A stretch of DNA of 64,000 nt from Piedraia hortae CBS 480.64 (Eukaryota): NCBI GenBank assembly GCA_010093745.1, contig MU005966.1, positions 317,628 to 381,627 on the forward strand. The letters run 5' to 3'. Below the pieces are notes generated by a model. The model searched no databases. It worked only from the letters and a program-made list of their open reading frames with translations, and had not been told where the DNA came from. Below, piece by piece: positions 44,236-56,554 of the stretch (position 1 is its first letter; each line of letters opens with the position of its first letter). Both the position numbers and the translations under genes were made by a program.

Positions 44236-44502
44236 TTTTACCACTTTACGAATTAGATAAGTTCCTACAACGCCATCCCTTTTGACTTTTAGCTACGCAA
44301 AGCAAAGCGGTATTTCAGAGTACTCTAGCGCATAAAACTTTTACATCGCAACTCTTCACGTGCGCTGTATTCGCTATTGAAGACTGCATTCCAGCTTACG
44401 TAACGATCATATGCTAGCCCGCTTAGGAAATCACGGTGCCGAAGACGATTGACCATGACTTAACTGATTAGTTCAAACTTCTTCAGCGGCGAAAAGACAA
44501 AA

Positions 44503-46137
44503 ATGGATGTCGATAAGACTTCTCTTTATCCACTATTGCTGGATATCCTCACCGATATTAGTGAATCCCACATCGTCGCTATTGATCTCGAATTGTCCGG
44601 CATTCCTTCAAGGAAGCTGCGGAGAGACCAGCGAGGCAATCTTCAGGAGCGCTATGATGAGCTCAAGAAGGCTGCGGATCGCTTCCAAGTGTTACAGTTT
44701 GGTATGACTTGCGTGAGCCAGGATGTACTCAATGGCAAATATATCTTGAAGCCTTACAACTTCGATATCAACCCACTTGTTCCGGAACGGCTTGGAGTGG
44801 ACCGCGTGTTTGCGTTTCAGTCCGGCGCGATAGAATTTCTACTCAGTCAGGGTTTCGATATCAGCAGGCCTTTTAAACGTGGGGTTCCCTATCTCTCACG
44901 AATAGAAGCTGTGGCCGCACGAGAGAGACATTTAATGCGAGAGGATAAATCCGCTATCCAGGACGTACCACTCAAACCCACAGAAGTCGATGCAATTGCC
45001 TTTGTTGAGCTCACTCGCAAGACAATAAAGGAGTGGATGGCGGCAAACGACACAACCATAGCCCGGGATTTAAGTATAGGCTCTGGTGGTAATGCCAAAC
45101 AGGACAAAGGGAAGTCTCAAAAAGAGAAGACCCAAGACGCAAAGGAACTCACGCGGTTTGAAAAGCGTCTGGTATATCAGCTAGTGAGGTCAGAATTCCC
45201 GGAGCTCGTGGCCTACAATAGTCGGGGACGCGTCAAAATCGCTCGATTTGATAAGACACGAGAGGACAAATTGGCAGCTGAGAGGCAAACCGAAAGCGAC
45301 GCCAGGATCAACAAGCAAAAAGGCCTTAGATGGGTCGTGGAAGCTCTTCTGGGCTCCGACCTATCCAAGCTCAATCTCCGTGACTGTGCCTTTGACCCAC
45401 AAACCGGCGAATCGATTGTGGCTGATATTTCAGATTACCGGGCCCGACTCAATCGCGCACAATCCAAATTTCGGGGCAGGCCTAGGGTCCTAGTTGGACA
45501 CAATTGTTTTCTGGACCTTGTCTATATGTTTCGGACGTTTATCGGGCCACTGCCAGACACAGTAGAGGACTTTCAAACGCGTATACATGCCATGTGGCCT
45601 CTAATAGTCGATACAAAATACATGTGCACACACAACTGCAGCGACATCAACCCTATAAGCAGCTTGGAACAGACCGCGAAGCAACTGGGACAATTGGAGC
45701 AGCCTGTGCTAGAAGTTCCTAAGAAGTACAGTCTATACGCGAAAGCACCAGCATTCCATGAGGCCGGATACGACAGCTACCTTACAGCAACAGTAGCCGT
45801 CCGCCTGGCCGCCAAACTGGAGCGCGAAGGCAACTACGTAACGCCGTCCATGCCCGGGCTAGGAAAGCAAGACGAGGCCCCCGCAAGCTCTTCCCCTCCG
45901 GCATGGAAACCCTCAGAGGCCGGAATCGACTGGCAACATGGCGGCGATCCCACGATCAGTACCGACAGCGTGTCAGAAATCACGCCACGCGATTATCGAC
46001 AGGCATACGATGAGGTGATATGGAATTCCAGCTTCGAAGGCGGAATGCCTGCCTTGTCCAGCGATTTCTGGCGGGTATATGGGAATAAACTACGGGTTTT
46101 TGGCACCGATGAGAGTGTGCTGACGCTGGGTGATTGA
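44503..46137 (+). CDS. CAF1-family poly(A)-specific ribonuclease, PARN-like
   Basis: AIDLELSG, LVGHNCFLDL, IVDTKY, FHEAGYDSYLT (DEDD nuclease). Confidence 0.88.
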   Translation: MDVDKTSLYPLLLDILTDISESHIVAIDLELSGIPSRKLRRDQRGNLQERYDELKKAADRFQVLQFGMTCVSQDVLNGKYILKPYNFDINPLVPERLGVDRVFAFQSGAIEFLLSQGFDISRPFKRGVPYLSRIEAVAARERHLMREDKSAIQDVPLKPTEVDAIAFVELTRKTIKEWMAANDTTIARDLSIGSGGNAKQDKGKSQKEKTQDAKELTRFEKRLVYQLVRSEFPELVAYNSRGRVKIARFDKTREDKLAAERQTESDARINKQKGLRWVVEALLGSDLSKLNLRDCAFDPQTGESIVADISDYRARLNRAQSKFRGRPRVLVGHNCFLDLVYMFRTFIGPLPDTVEDFQTRIHAMWPLIVDTKYMCTHNCSDINPISSLEQTAKQLGQLEQPVLEVPKKYSLYAKAPAFHEAGYDSYLTATVAVRLAAKLEREGNYVTPSMPGLGKQDEAPASSSPPAWKPSEAGIDWQHGGDPTISTDSVSEITPRDYRQAYDEVIWNSSFEGGMPALSSDFWRVYGNKLRVFGTDESVLTLGD

Positions 46138-46279
46138 GTAGTGTAGATGAGCTAGATGACATGACATGAAATAATCTTGCGAAACTCCACGTGCGTTCTT
46201 GGCAATTCGATACATAACGGGCCGTCCCGATCAACGTCGCCTCGGCTGAACGAGACAGACAACAAACAACTAACAAACC

Positions 46280-47314
46280 ATGGCCCCGCGCTCACGGTCC
46301 CCAAACTCGACAAACATAATTCGAGCATACAAATCCGCATCGCAGCTTTACCTCACCAAACGTTTCGGCGAAGCTTTGACAACGCTAACGCCGATAATAA
46401 CGCCGCGGAAGGATGCCCCGGCCGCCGTTTCATTCAGCGCGCGCGGCACGAGGACGAAGGTGTGGGTATTCTACATTTCACTACTGCACGCGCTTGTAGA
46501 GCTTGGTAGCGAGGACGGGGCGGCGGCTGTTGGGGCAGTGAAATGGCAGAGTCTTGCTTCGCATGTGCGCTCCGGCGCTGTCTGGAATGAGGTTGTCGAG
46601 TCTGGGTATGCTGGGAAAGAGGAAGCCGTGGATGAGGATGTGGTTATAAACCTCACCACCCTGCTGCTCGCGCATATGTCGAATCAGAGGACGAACCAAA
46701 GGAGGCTGGAGACTTGGTGGGTTGCGCAGGAAAGGCCCGAATCGATACATTCTGCTGCGCGGTTGAAGATATTGGAGTTGTATGCGCTTCATGTCCTACC
46801 CACGAACGGGGAGTGGAGCGAAGCAAAGGCATTTATCGACCACAGCGATGCGTTAGATGAGGAACAGCGCGAAGCGTTCAAACTTGCCCTCGAGCAGGTT
46901 AGGGAAGAGATGCTTCTTACCGAACAGAAAGAGAGGGAGTTGGTTCAACGAAGAGAAAGGGAAATGGAAGCGGAGTTGCAAAAGGCTGCTGAGATGGCAA
47001 AGATACAGCAGCCAAAGCAACCGGCGAAGAGAAGCCCCTTGCAGAAGAAGTCGCCTCAGCATCAACCACCGCCAGAGAAGCAAAAATCTAGATCTGTGGC
47101 CCCGCCCTCCGGTCTATCTACTCGCCTTTCTGTCCTATTGAAAGAGGTGCTGCCTGCGTCTCTGTCCTCAACACGGCTGGCGGTTTTCGTCATTGCGTTA
47201 CTATGTCTCCTCGCAAGGCGTGATTTGAGATTCCGGCTGAGAGCGGCGCTAGAGGCGGCTTGGCTAAAGGTCCGTAGAACGGCTGGAATGGCGACCAAAG
47301 TGACTTATATTTGA
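46280..47314 (+). CDS. PEX26: Peroxin Pex26-like
   Basis: YKSASQLYLTKR, KILELYALHVLP..EW, C-terminal TM followed by TAGMATKVTYI. Confidence 0.75.
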   Translation: MAPRSRSPNSTNIIRAYKSASQLYLTKRFGEALTTLTPIITPRKDAPAAVSFSARGTRTKVWVFYISLLHALVELGSEDGAAAVGAVKWQSLASHVRSGAVWNEVVESGYAGKEEAVDEDVVINLTTLLLAHMSNQRTNQRRLETWWVAQERPESIHSAARLKILELYALHVLPTNGEWSEAKAFIDHSDALDEEQREAFKLALEQVREEMLLTEQKERELVQRREREMEAELQKAAEMAKIQQPKQPAKRSPLQKKSPQHQPPPEKQKSRSVAPPSGLSTRLSVLLKEVLPASLSSTRLAVFVIALLCLLARRDLRFRLRAALEAAWLKVRRTAGMATKVTYI

Positions 47315-47497
47315 TATGGGTGTGGGATATTCACTGATTATGACATGTTACGAGTTGTTTCGTTGTAAAAAAGGATAATGCTCTCTCTGCGAACCGTACA
47401 CTGTTTCAACATAGTACGAGAATAAAATCGCAAGCCCATGGCTACCGAGAGGAAAACAAAGCATTGACAGCATCGTGGCGAAGCCCCAGGCACAATT

Positions 47498-47539
47498 GCC
47501 GCCACCACCACCACCACCACCACCACCACCACCACCACC
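47498..47539. repeat. (CCA)n microsatellite between convergent genes
   Basis: About 12 CCA units visible. Confidence 0.85.
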
Positions 47540-47682
47540 ACGAACACCGCCGAATCCTTTGGCAGCTGAAAGTCATTTTGTAAAAGAGGAATATCAACAA
47601 AGGTTAAGGACATGGCTATCATCCGAGAATGATAATGCATCAGTGTTTACCGCTTCGATCAATATGTAAAAATCTACAGGAA

Positions 47683-49080
47683 TCAATGACTTCTTCGTGA
47701 CTCTATCGACGTTCGTATATCTGGGTTGCGTACCGCCAGTGGTCGGCTGAAGTCCTGCTGGTCTTGGATCGAGACCCGGCTGCCGTTGCCTCCCACGTGC
47801 GCGAAAAGGGCTGAAGGGTTCAGTCGTTGGTCGTAGACCATGGGACGGAAGTCGCCAGTGCCGTGGCTGCTCCCAAACGATCGTGTGGGATGTATGCCCT
47901 CGGCGTACACCGAATTTCCAGATATCGTCGACTGACGATTACGGCTGGTGTGCGAAGACGTAACATCGTTCTCCGTCATGTCGCGCGCTAATAGCCCAGT
48001 TTTACTCAACACACTCCCGTTTCGTCGTGGTCCCGCTGCTTCGGAAGCTTTTCGTTGTTTCCGTCGCCATAGCAGGAAGATGCCGAGTAAGACAGCGGTC
48101 AAGAGGAGCAAAGTGCCAATGACAATGCCGGCAATGGCACCGCCCGACAAACCATGTTTCATGTGCACATCGCCGCGGTCTGGAGCCACCATTGGAGTAA
48201 ACAGCACAGTCTGTGTAACAATTGCGCCCGAAATCTTGATAGTTCGCGTCTGTAGGACAGGTGAGCCGGTGACCAAGCCAGAAGTGGCCTCTGAAGTTGC
48301 AGGAAGCGGCAGTATGACAGGATCATTGGTGCTGCTGCTGCTGCTGCTACTCGGCGTAGGGGACGCTGTAGTGGTTGCAAGTGTAGAAGAGGGAGAGGAG
48401 GTAGAAGTTATCAGTTGCGTAGTCGTATCGCTGGATGATGCCTTGGAGCTTGATGAAGACGGGTCTGATGATAAGGGTGACGAAGAGGGCGGCGAAGAGG
48501 AGGACGAAGAAGGGGAAGAAGTTGGCTGGGAAGACGTGGAGCTTGAAGGCGGAGGGCTCGAAGACGACGACGGAGGCGGCTCGGTGGAGGTAGATCTAAT
48601 GGACGTCTGCTCGACAGACGTCGTTGATGGCGGCTGAGACGACGGGGATTCACTCGATGATGTCGGTGACGTAGACGACGACGGCGATACGGATGCACCG
48701 CCAGTCCCCGACGCTGCCTTGTTCAGCTTAAGGTAACCATATAGACCTTTTTCCTTGTTGCCGCACTTATCCGACGGGTAGCCAGGACAGTTTTGCGAAC
48801 AATCGCCTAAGTCTGTCTGATCGGCCGGCGCATAGTTGGAGCACCAGCAATTCTGCCACTGCAAAATCGCATAGGCATACTGCGCTTGGCAGGTGCTGAT
48901 GCAGGCGCCGTTGGACTGATAAATGCTAAAGGCTGACAGATATCAGCGTGGGCCATCCGAGTCAGCGACAGGTAACGTACCGGGAGTGAAGCTTGAGCCC
49001 GTATTTTGCGACGAGCAATATGCCAGCTGCACAGCACCAATCCGCACGGCCGAGGCAAGAAGGAGCCATGTAAGCCACAT
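47683..49080 (-). CDS. WSC-domain cell wall integrity sensor; one intron ~48933-48980
   Basis: Signal peptide; Cys-rich WSC domain (YCSS, QSNGAC, CWCSN, CPGYPSDKCG); S/T stalk; GAIAGIVIG TM; DQRLNP tail. Confidence 0.9.
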
Positions 49081-49478
49081 GTTCCTCTCTCCCTTTACTC
49101 TACCGCGGGCTCGCCCACGCAGATTTGAGTCGTCTTCATGCACTTAGCAGGTGTTGCTGTTGGGAGATTGCGGAACGGGTCGAGCCGCAGACCAGCTGCT
49201 GTGACGTGTGACGCGAAAGCGCCAGGAACAGGTGAAGGAAAAGGATGGGGTGATGGACAAGGAAAGAGAGGGAGAGGAAGAAGAGGTAACAAGATTCACA
49301 AAAACGCCCGCAAGTGACGGGGGAAGAAGATCAATAGGAAGGCGGCGCTGCCAAGGAAGCGCTGATTGGTGCCCCGCCAATCAAATTTCCGCGTACCCGC
49401 CGCTTCTGCGGGAGTTAGACCGCCAATCCGGATTCGGATCCTAAACGCCCGTAAACAAAATACAAAATGTAAATGACA

Positions 49479-50717
49479 TCATCTGTTTTGCAAAAGCCCC
49501 GCGCGATCGTCCTCGTTGTACCGGGGCAGCTCCACGTTGCTGTAGGACTGGTAGGGTTCGGGCGGCTGCCCGGGATTTGTAGCATCGTCTGTCTTCCCTA
49601 ATTGGTAACTTGAATCGTTCATCCGATGCTTTCTGCCAACAAACAGCCACCTAAACCCTCGTGCGCTGGCTTTGATCATGTCCCACGGGTTGGCTACATC
49701 TGCCAGTGCCCTAAAGGCTCCTTGATACTGAGCAGTGGCACCGCTGAAGCCCGCCCCGGACACGGTCAACGGGTCCAGGTGGGCTATATAGGGCTTGTAA
49801 GGAAATGCAAATATGTGCATGATCGCAAAGATGGCCATCTCGATGCACAGCAGCACCGAAGGGATGCCGACTTTGATGTCTTGATAGCCGAGCTTCTTGG
49901 TCGGCTGCAGCGGTCCGTGGCTGGAAGAGAGAAGACTGATGGCAATCGTCTGCCAAAAAGAAAAGAAAATAACCAACTTGATGCAGACGACCTTCAAAAA
50001 GGGTTTGTGCTCAGAAAGGTCATCCTTTAGCTGCATGTAGAACTGTATCAAACAGTACATGGCAATTGTGACTGATGTCGCTTCGAACGCTGTTACCCAG
50101 ACATGGGCAAAGGCCGGGCTCAACGACTCTTCGCAGTACCGGCCTTGGGACTCTGCCAGCACCGCGACGATGGTGAAGAAGACGCGCACAAAGCAGTACT
50201 GGAAAACACCAATCCAGATGATGTTGAACCACGTCAATCCGCTTTGGGGGATCCTAAGAGGGCCCTTATGCTGTCCTCCCGTACACTTTTGCAGGCCAAA
50301 AACGCTCATGGCCCAGTTGATAGGTTTAATGGTGCGGAAATACTCCTTTTGGTCGTGAAGATTAGGGGCCATGTAGTGGCACATGAGTGTGAAGAAACTG
50401 GCCAACGCGATCGCCTCATAACAGTTCCCCAAAACATCCCAATAAACAGCCTTGCGGTAGAAGACGAAGCTGAGAAAGCTCACAGTCGCGTAGATTGGTA
50501 TCATAAACAGGATGCGGATGATGTGTCGCTGCTCCCATGGACGCGAATAGTGGGTGGCATGGCCAACGATGAGCGCCAGCGCAATCACCACGGCCACGAG
50601 CCCAAAGACGGCGTTGATCAACAGCCCGAAATGGTGAAATGTAAGATGGCCAGCCACGGGCTCCTCGGATAGGTACGTGTCCTCCAGCGTCGTGTTGCAT
50701 TGCGTCCAAAAGGGCAT
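49479..50717 (-). CDS. TMEM184/OST-alpha family membrane protein
   Basis: QRHIIRILFMIPIYA, QYCFVR, KLVIFFSFWQ, LLCIEM. Confidence 0.88.
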   Translation of the reverse strand: MPFWTQCNTTLEDTYLSEEPVAGHLTFHHFGLLINAVFGLVAVVIALALIVGHATHYSRPWEQRHIIRILFMIPIYATVSFLSFVFYRKAVYWDVLGNCYEAIALASFFTLMCHYMAPNLHDQKEYFRTIKPINWAMSVFGLQKCTGGQHKGPLRIPQSGLTWFNIIWIGVFQYCFVRVFFTIVAVLAESQGRYCEESLSPAFAHVWVTAFEATSVTIAMYCLIQFYMQLKDDLSEHKPFLKVVCIKLVIFFSFWQTIAISLLSSSHGPLQPTKKLGYQDIKVGIPSVLLCIEMAIFAIMHIFAFPYKPYIAHLDPLTVSGAGFSGATAQYQGAFRALADVANPWDMIKASARGFRWLFVGRKHRMNDSSYQLGKTDDATNPGQPPEPYQSYSNVELPRYNEDDRAGLLQNR

Positions 50718-50981
50718 GATGGTGTCCTGTTCGTCGCAAAGTGTCCAATGTAGGGGGACTCACCGGCCCATCCCGCACCGCCCCAAACGCGCGCGTCGCG
50801 TGTGGCTGAGCAGTGCCTGCGCTAGACGGGCGCTAGGTATGCAGGTACGCTGTGGCAGCTTGTCAATCCGTGGGGTTGCCCCTAATATCCTGGGGCTAAT
50901 TCATTAATCCCGCGCCCGCCGTCACCTGATTGTCGATCCACGTCAAACGCGGCTGCTCCCGCTTCGCGACAACAGTAGAAA

Positions 50982-52535
50982 ATGCCACGGTTAGTGGGCT
51001 CTGGCAACGGTTACGGGCCACTCGACTGACGCTGTAGTGAAATCATCACGCTCCAGGCTGGCCAATGCGGCAATAGCGGTATGTTGCGCATCGATTTTGG
51101 CCGACCAGCCTGACTTACCTCCCAGTTGGTAGCCAATTCTGGCAGCAGCTCTGCCATGAGCACGGCATCAATCAAGATGGAAATCTCGCGCCCTATGCTA
51201 CCGAGGGAGGTGACCGCAAAGACGTCTTTTTCTACCAATCAGACGACACGCGATACATCCCGCGCGCCATCCTGCTGGATCTCGAGCCGCGCGTCATAAA
51301 CAGCATCCAAGCTGGCCCGTATGGAAACATTTACAATCCAGAAAACTTCTTCATTCTCAAGGAAGGAACGGGCGCGGGAAATAACTGGGCTGCAGGCTAT
51401 GCGCGCGGAGGGGAGGTGGAGGACGAGGTGCTGGACATGATTGATCGTGAAGCCGACGGAAGCGATAGTCTGGAAGGCTTCATGCTGCTCCATTCGATTG
51501 CTGGGGGCACTGGATCGGGGCTGGGATCATTCTTGCTTGAGCGGTTGAACGATCGCTTCCCAAAGAAGCTCATCCAGACTTATTCCGTCTTCCCCGACAC
51601 CCAAAATGCCGGGGATGTGGTGGTGCAACCGTACAACTCCCTGCTCGCTCTGCGGAGACTGACGCAGAATGCCGACTCGGTAGTTGTTCTTGATAACGGC
51701 GCCCTCTCGCGCATCGCAGCAGACACTCTCCATGTACAGCAGCCGTCATTTCAACAAACAAACCAACTTGTGAGCACTGTAATGTCTGCTTCCACCACCA
51801 CCCTCCGCTATCCTGGATACATGCACAATGATCTTGTTGGTATCGTTGCAAGCCTCATACCCACTCCCCGCTGCCATTTCCTGCAGACAAGCTACACTCC
51901 TTTTACCGGCGACAACGTTGAGGCATCAAAGACTGTGAGGAAGACCACGGTCCTGGATGTAATGCGGCGTCTCCTCCAGCCAAAGAACCAAATGGTTTCG
52001 GCCAAACCGTCCAAAACCAGCTGCTACATCTCCATTTTGAACATCATCATGGGCGAAGCTGATCCTACCGATGTAAGTTTCTGATCTCTTCAGACCTCAG
52101 ATGACACTGAAACTTTTGCAGGTTCACAAATCTCTTCTCCGAATTCGCGAGCGTCAACTCGCACAGTTCATCCCTTGGGGCCCATCAAGCATCCAGGTGG
52201 CAATAACCCGTACATCGCCCTACCTTCAACCACCATACACCTCTCGCCCTCCGCCTCGAGTCTCGGGTCTCATGTTGGCCAATCACACGGGCATATCGAC
52301 CCTCTTCAAACGAATCGTAGCGCAATACGATCGTCTAAGGAAGCGCAACGCCTTCCTCGAGCAGTATAAGCGAGAGGAGCCGTTCAGAGATGGACTCAGC
52401 CAATTTGAAGAAGCAAGGGAGATTGTCATGGAGTTGATTGGGGAGTATGAAGATGCTGAACGAAAGGATTACCTGGGTGGGGACGAGGGAACGTCCACGG
52501 CTGGAGCTGCTGCGGGAGCAGAAGGGACGGGGTAG
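50982..52535 (+). CDS. TUB4: Gamma-tubulin; three introns
   Basis: [43 protein letters not shown]. Confidence 0.97.
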
Positions 52536-52642
52536 TCATTTCTCAGCCCAGCAGCTAGTTCTATGATTCTAACGAGACTGATCCCAGAGCGAAGGCGTCT
52601 AGTTTTGTTCATCAACAAAGCCCATCAACTGCGTTGGTCTGT

Positions 52643-53647
52643 CTATTGTTCCATGAGCTGGGGACTGGCAACCGGCAAGAACCTCTTGCGGAAGAATATC
52701 AGCGCCACTGTGATCCATATCCAGAGCCGATATATGTCAATGTAGTCTCGAATCGTCAGGGATTGCGGCGGCTTGGACCCGTCATATTTGCGACATACGG
52801 CCAGGAAACGGGCTGGGTCATCGGTAATGACTCCGTCCAAGCTCTTGCGGATGCACCAGTCCATTCGTTGGTCCGAGTTCACCGTCCACGCGATCACCTT
52901 GCGATTCCTGACGTCTCTCATGAATTTGGCCCCGCCAGGTGCGATGAGGGTGGGCAAAAGCACGTTGAATCCAACATTGGGTATGCTCAAAAAGTGACGA
53001 GCGTAAGCAGTGGAAAAGGCAATGTTCATGACTGGAAATCCAGGCAAATATTTCTGGGCCAGGGGCAGGAACTTGGCTGCCCACACTCCAAGGACAATTC
53101 TCTGGTTGAACGTGTGGCCTGTTGACGCAATCGTGGACGCCAAACATCGCATAATGTCCTTGGCGTCATTGTCGAGCTTGATATCCAGCAGAAGCCAGAC
53201 ATTTACATCAATTAGGTAGTGGAGCAAGTCTAGCAGACGGGGCATCTGGCCGTCTGTGAGACGGTGGACTTCCTCCCACGTATGCTCGATTATCTTGTTG
53301 TTCTTGCCGAAGCAGCGCTTCAGGGTGGCGTCATGGCTAAGGACGACGACATTGTCCCGAGTGAGATGGACATCGGTCTCCAGACCGTGGGCTCCAACTT
53401 CTACCGCTCCCCGGAACGCGGCAAGCGTGTTCTCCGGGTAAAGTGCCTTGTAGCCGCGGTGTGCAATACATTGCGGTATCTTTTCCTGACCGTTGGCCAA
53501 TGGGGAAACAAAGTCAAGAGGGGGAAGAGAAGCGTCGGCCTTCATTTGGCCTACGTCTCCCAGCTTCTCTACTCCAGGCTGAAAGAGCATGGGAGGTACT
53601 CCCACGGTTGTTGACAATCGACGGACGAATCCTTCGCCGGTCGCCAT
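52643..53647 (-). CDS. Glycerophosphodiester phosphodiesterase (Pgc1-like)
   Basis: IAHRG..PENT, ETDVHLTRD, SHD, WTVN, DGVITDDP; C-terminal TM. Confidence 0.88.
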   Translation of the reverse strand: MATGEGFVRRLSTTVGVPPMLFQPGVEKLGDVGQMKADASLPPLDFVSPLANGQEKIPQCIAHRGYKALYPENTLAAFRGAVEVGAHGLETDVHLTRDNVVVLSHDATLKRCFGKNNKIIEHTWEEVHRLTDGQMPRLLDLLHYLIDVNVWLLLDIKLDNDAKDIMRCLASTIASTGHTFNQRIVLGVWAAKFLPLAQKYLPGFPVMNIAFSTAYARHFLSIPNVGFNVLLPTLIAPGGAKFMRDVRNRKVIAWTVNSDQRMDWCIRKSLDGVITDDPARFLAVCRKYDGSKPPQSLTIRDYIDIYRLWIWITVALIFFRKRFLPVASPQLMEQ

Positions 53648-53712
53648 GATTTGATATCGAACGGTCAAGTCAGCCTTTAATTGGTGGGCGATTGTCTTTG
53701 CTATCTATCTGA

Positions 53713-54339
53713 CTAATTTCCACCGTCGCTCTCCCACAACCTTACCCTCCGCTTTAAATCGCCCTCGCTCCGTTGCATGTAGTTGATCTTTATATCTCTC
53801 GCCATGGCTGTGTAATCTTGACCGTGCTTGGCCACAAGTTCCGCAATGAACTGTTTTTCGTTCTCGCTTTGTTTGCGCTTGTACCTTGTCGCCGGTCTGT
53901 CGGCTTCTTTCTCCAACTCCCGCACAATATCCGTTCGTGCGACTGCCTGGGGCTCCTCCTTGTCAGACTCGTCGTCACTGTTCAGTATATCGTTCAAGGG
54001 ATTGAACTTCTTCGTCTCAACGACTCGCACGATCTCGCCCGTCTCGGGATCTCGCTCAACTTTTGCCTCCTTGACCTCTATGTGATCACTCTTGGCTTTG
54101 GCCTTGATGGCCAGGGGAGCGGTCCTTTTTGCTTTCTCTGCAGCTGTTGCCCCGGCGCTGACATGTTTGTTAAGCTTTACGGCAAGCCCGATCCTCTCAT
54201 AGTTTTGCGCAAGTGTTTGCGATTTATCCCAGCCCTGCGCAACGATGGCGTTGTGGATGATTTTCTTCTTCGATTTCGGCTTGCGCCGTACTTTGCTTAT
54301 GCTTGAGCGGTTCTTTCGTTTCTGTAGCTCGCGGCCCAT
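53713..54339 (-). CDS. NOP16: Ribosome biogenesis protein Nop16
   Basis: MGRELQKRKNRS, WDKSQTLAQNY, HGQDYTAMARDIKINYMQ. Confidence 0.9.
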   Translation of the reverse strand: MGRELQKRKNRSSISKVRRKPKSKKKIIHNAIVAQGWDKSQTLAQNYERIGLAVKLNKHVSAGATAAEKAKRTAPLAIKAKAKSDHIEVKEAKVERDPETGEIVRVVETKKFNPLNDILNSDDESDKEEPQAVARTDIVRELEKEADRPATRYKRKQSENEKQFIAELVAKHGQDYTAMARDIKINYMQRSEGDLKRRVRLWESDGGN

Positions 54340-54630
54340 TGCGATGTATGCTATAACTTTTTGTGTTGATTTTTGCAGGTTTCGATTGGCTCGTATGGCA
54401 CACCACACGCCAAGCCCGCGCTACACCGCCCACGACAGGGCGGGCATTGGGAGCGATGCTATTCGATTTTAGATCATTTCTAAGGGTATATTTTATAACA
54501 AATCAGACGAACCAACAAGCAATCAATGGACTAAAACCATGATGCTATTCGTCATCTATCCACTTTCGCCATCTATTGCATGCATTCCGGACCTCTTCTA
54601 TTTGTATTCCCACCGAAGACACAGCCCATA

Positions 54631-56025
54631 TCAACTCGCAGCAAATGCAAAGCTAGTCAAGCTCCCACTTGCGAGCCCAACAACCATGGCAAGACTCATA
54701 AACGCTCCAGCCGCACTCCTCTCTTCCCTCCCCACCCAAGTCCCCACACCCATCATGCACAATGCCCCAAGGAATCCATTACTTGCGCCAAAAAGAGCCT
54801 GCACAACAACCAGGTAGAAAAAGTCACTTTTGACCACCGCCCCGTGCCCGCGAATGTTACAGAGGAGGTACAGTCCTACAAAAACGATACGCGAAGCAGC
54901 GAGTAACAGAAGCGAACCCGGGTGGGGGATGAATCGGTCGGCGCAAAAAGGTGCGAACAATCGGCCGAGCAAATCGCCTGTGTTCCAGAAAAGGTATGCC
55001 AACGGTATGAAGATTTCAGGAGGCGCAAAGAACCACTCTTGTGCAGCATTGTTCGAGTGTATGCGTTCGGTAAAGACGGGAAAGACCATTGTGATGCCGA
55101 AAGTGAGGAAAATTGCTGTTGCAGGTAAGGAAAGTTTTCGCCATAGTACAAATATTGGGACGTGCGAAGTCACTTCTGCACTTTCTTCGTTTTCAACTTC
55201 GCCGTCCATGGTTGGGGTGTTTGCGTCGGCATCTTCATCATGTGCCTTGTGGGTTGAAAGGAGGAGGTACGCAAACCCGAAAAAAGCGGCCACTTCCACG
55301 CCCACTGCAGTAGCGAAGTAAGCCAGAACCTTGCCACTGCCCTTGGTATTTCTCCGTGAAGCAGCTGTACAGATTTCGACAATGGCGGGCAATACTCCGG
55401 CAACAGCCTGACCGGCCATGATGGCTTGGGTATATACCTCTCTCACTCCGTTTGAGTAGCCACTCACGTAGGCAAAAAGTCCATTCTGACATAGACCAGT
55501 TGCGAGACTGGCCAGCAGGACCATGCAAATGAGAAATGAGAAGTAGGATTCGGCACCAAGTGCAAACACGGGCAATGTTGCGAATGAAAGGAACAAGAAA
55601 ACGAGTGCATTAAGGACCAACGAGGCAAAGATTCTCTGTACATATGAGAACTTGAAAGTTTCACTTTTGGTGCCTCCTGTTTCCGTTGACTGAAAAAACG
55701 TCAATGCAATGACGGCGACGAGATTGATAATGGTAGAGACCGAGGTTTCGACGGCCTGGAAGTGTACTAAGATCCAATCTGAAGTGCGAAAACGTTTTCG
55801 GAAGTACGGCCCTGCTGCAAGAAACATGTTCCAGGCCCATAACATTGAAACGCCCATTAAAAGGTAAATAGCATATCCCACCTTTGCGGATCGAAAACTG
55901 CCTACTTCTTTGGTAGAAGAGGAAGGTGTGGAAGGAAGTGATTCATGCTCGGTAGGTCCAGTGCCAGTGTTGATAGGCTCGTAGCCAACTTCATCCTGGG
56001 CAAAAAGTTTGCGTAGTCGGTCCAT
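54631..56025 (-). CDS. Equilibrative nucleoside transporter (Fun26-like)
   Basis: GVSMLWAWNMF, GQAVAG, TMVFP, WNTGDLLGR, SNGF. Confidence 0.9.
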   Translation of the reverse strand: MDRLRKLFAQDEVGYEPINTGTGPTEHESLPSTPSSSTKEVGSFRSAKVGYAIYLLMGVSMLWAWNMFLAAGPYFRKRFRTSDWILVHFQAVETSVSTIINLVAVIALTFFQSTETGGTKSETFKFSYVQRIFASLVLNALVFLFLSFATLPVFALGAESYFSFLICMVLLASLATGLCQNGLFAYVSGYSNGVREVYTQAIMAGQAVAGVLPAIVEICTAASRRNTKGSGKVLAYFATAVGVEVAAFFGFAYLLLSTHKAHDEDADANTPTMDGEVENEESAEVTSHVPIFVLWRKLSLPATAIFLTFGITMVFPVFTERIHSNNAAQEWFFAPPEIFIPLAYLFWNTGDLLGRLFAPFCADRFIPHPGSLLLLAASRIVFVGLYLLCNIRGHGAVVKSDFFYLVVVQALFGASNGFLGALCMMGVGTWVGREERSAAGAFMSLAMVVGLASGSLTSFAFAAS

Positions 56026-56554
56026 CAATTGACGTGCTTGTATGTCTTGTTTATGGCAGTATGGTTAAGCTCATCCCGGCATAACGGTAGCTCCGATCCG
56101 AAAAGGACTTGGCATTCGCAAAATCACAACTCGATCTTTCCCTAATGTGTCGCTTATGCACCGATGTTCATTGAGAACAATCTTTTCCCGGGACAGAGTG
56201 GTGGAGGCGAACAGACCAACTTACTAAATATTTTCTGTTGACACATTGGTCGTTTCATTGTTACAATACGATGTCGCTAGTTGATAGTCGTTCATGCTTA
56301 CTCGTAACACAGATCTATTCCTATGCACAACACTTTAGGCGCCATCAATTTGCCTCTATGAGTATGCAATCGCTCCATTGCTCTGCGTAAAAGCAGGCGG
56401 TGAATCTAGTACATTGGGCTAGATATAGCGCCCATCTATTCCCCGTGGTTCCTACCCATCTTCAGAGGGACCTCCAACTCCAAGCGCCCAAAACCAGCCC
56501 ACATGTTGTCATGTAGGAGGGCTAAAGCATGGCCCAGACCAAGAGGGCACCCAA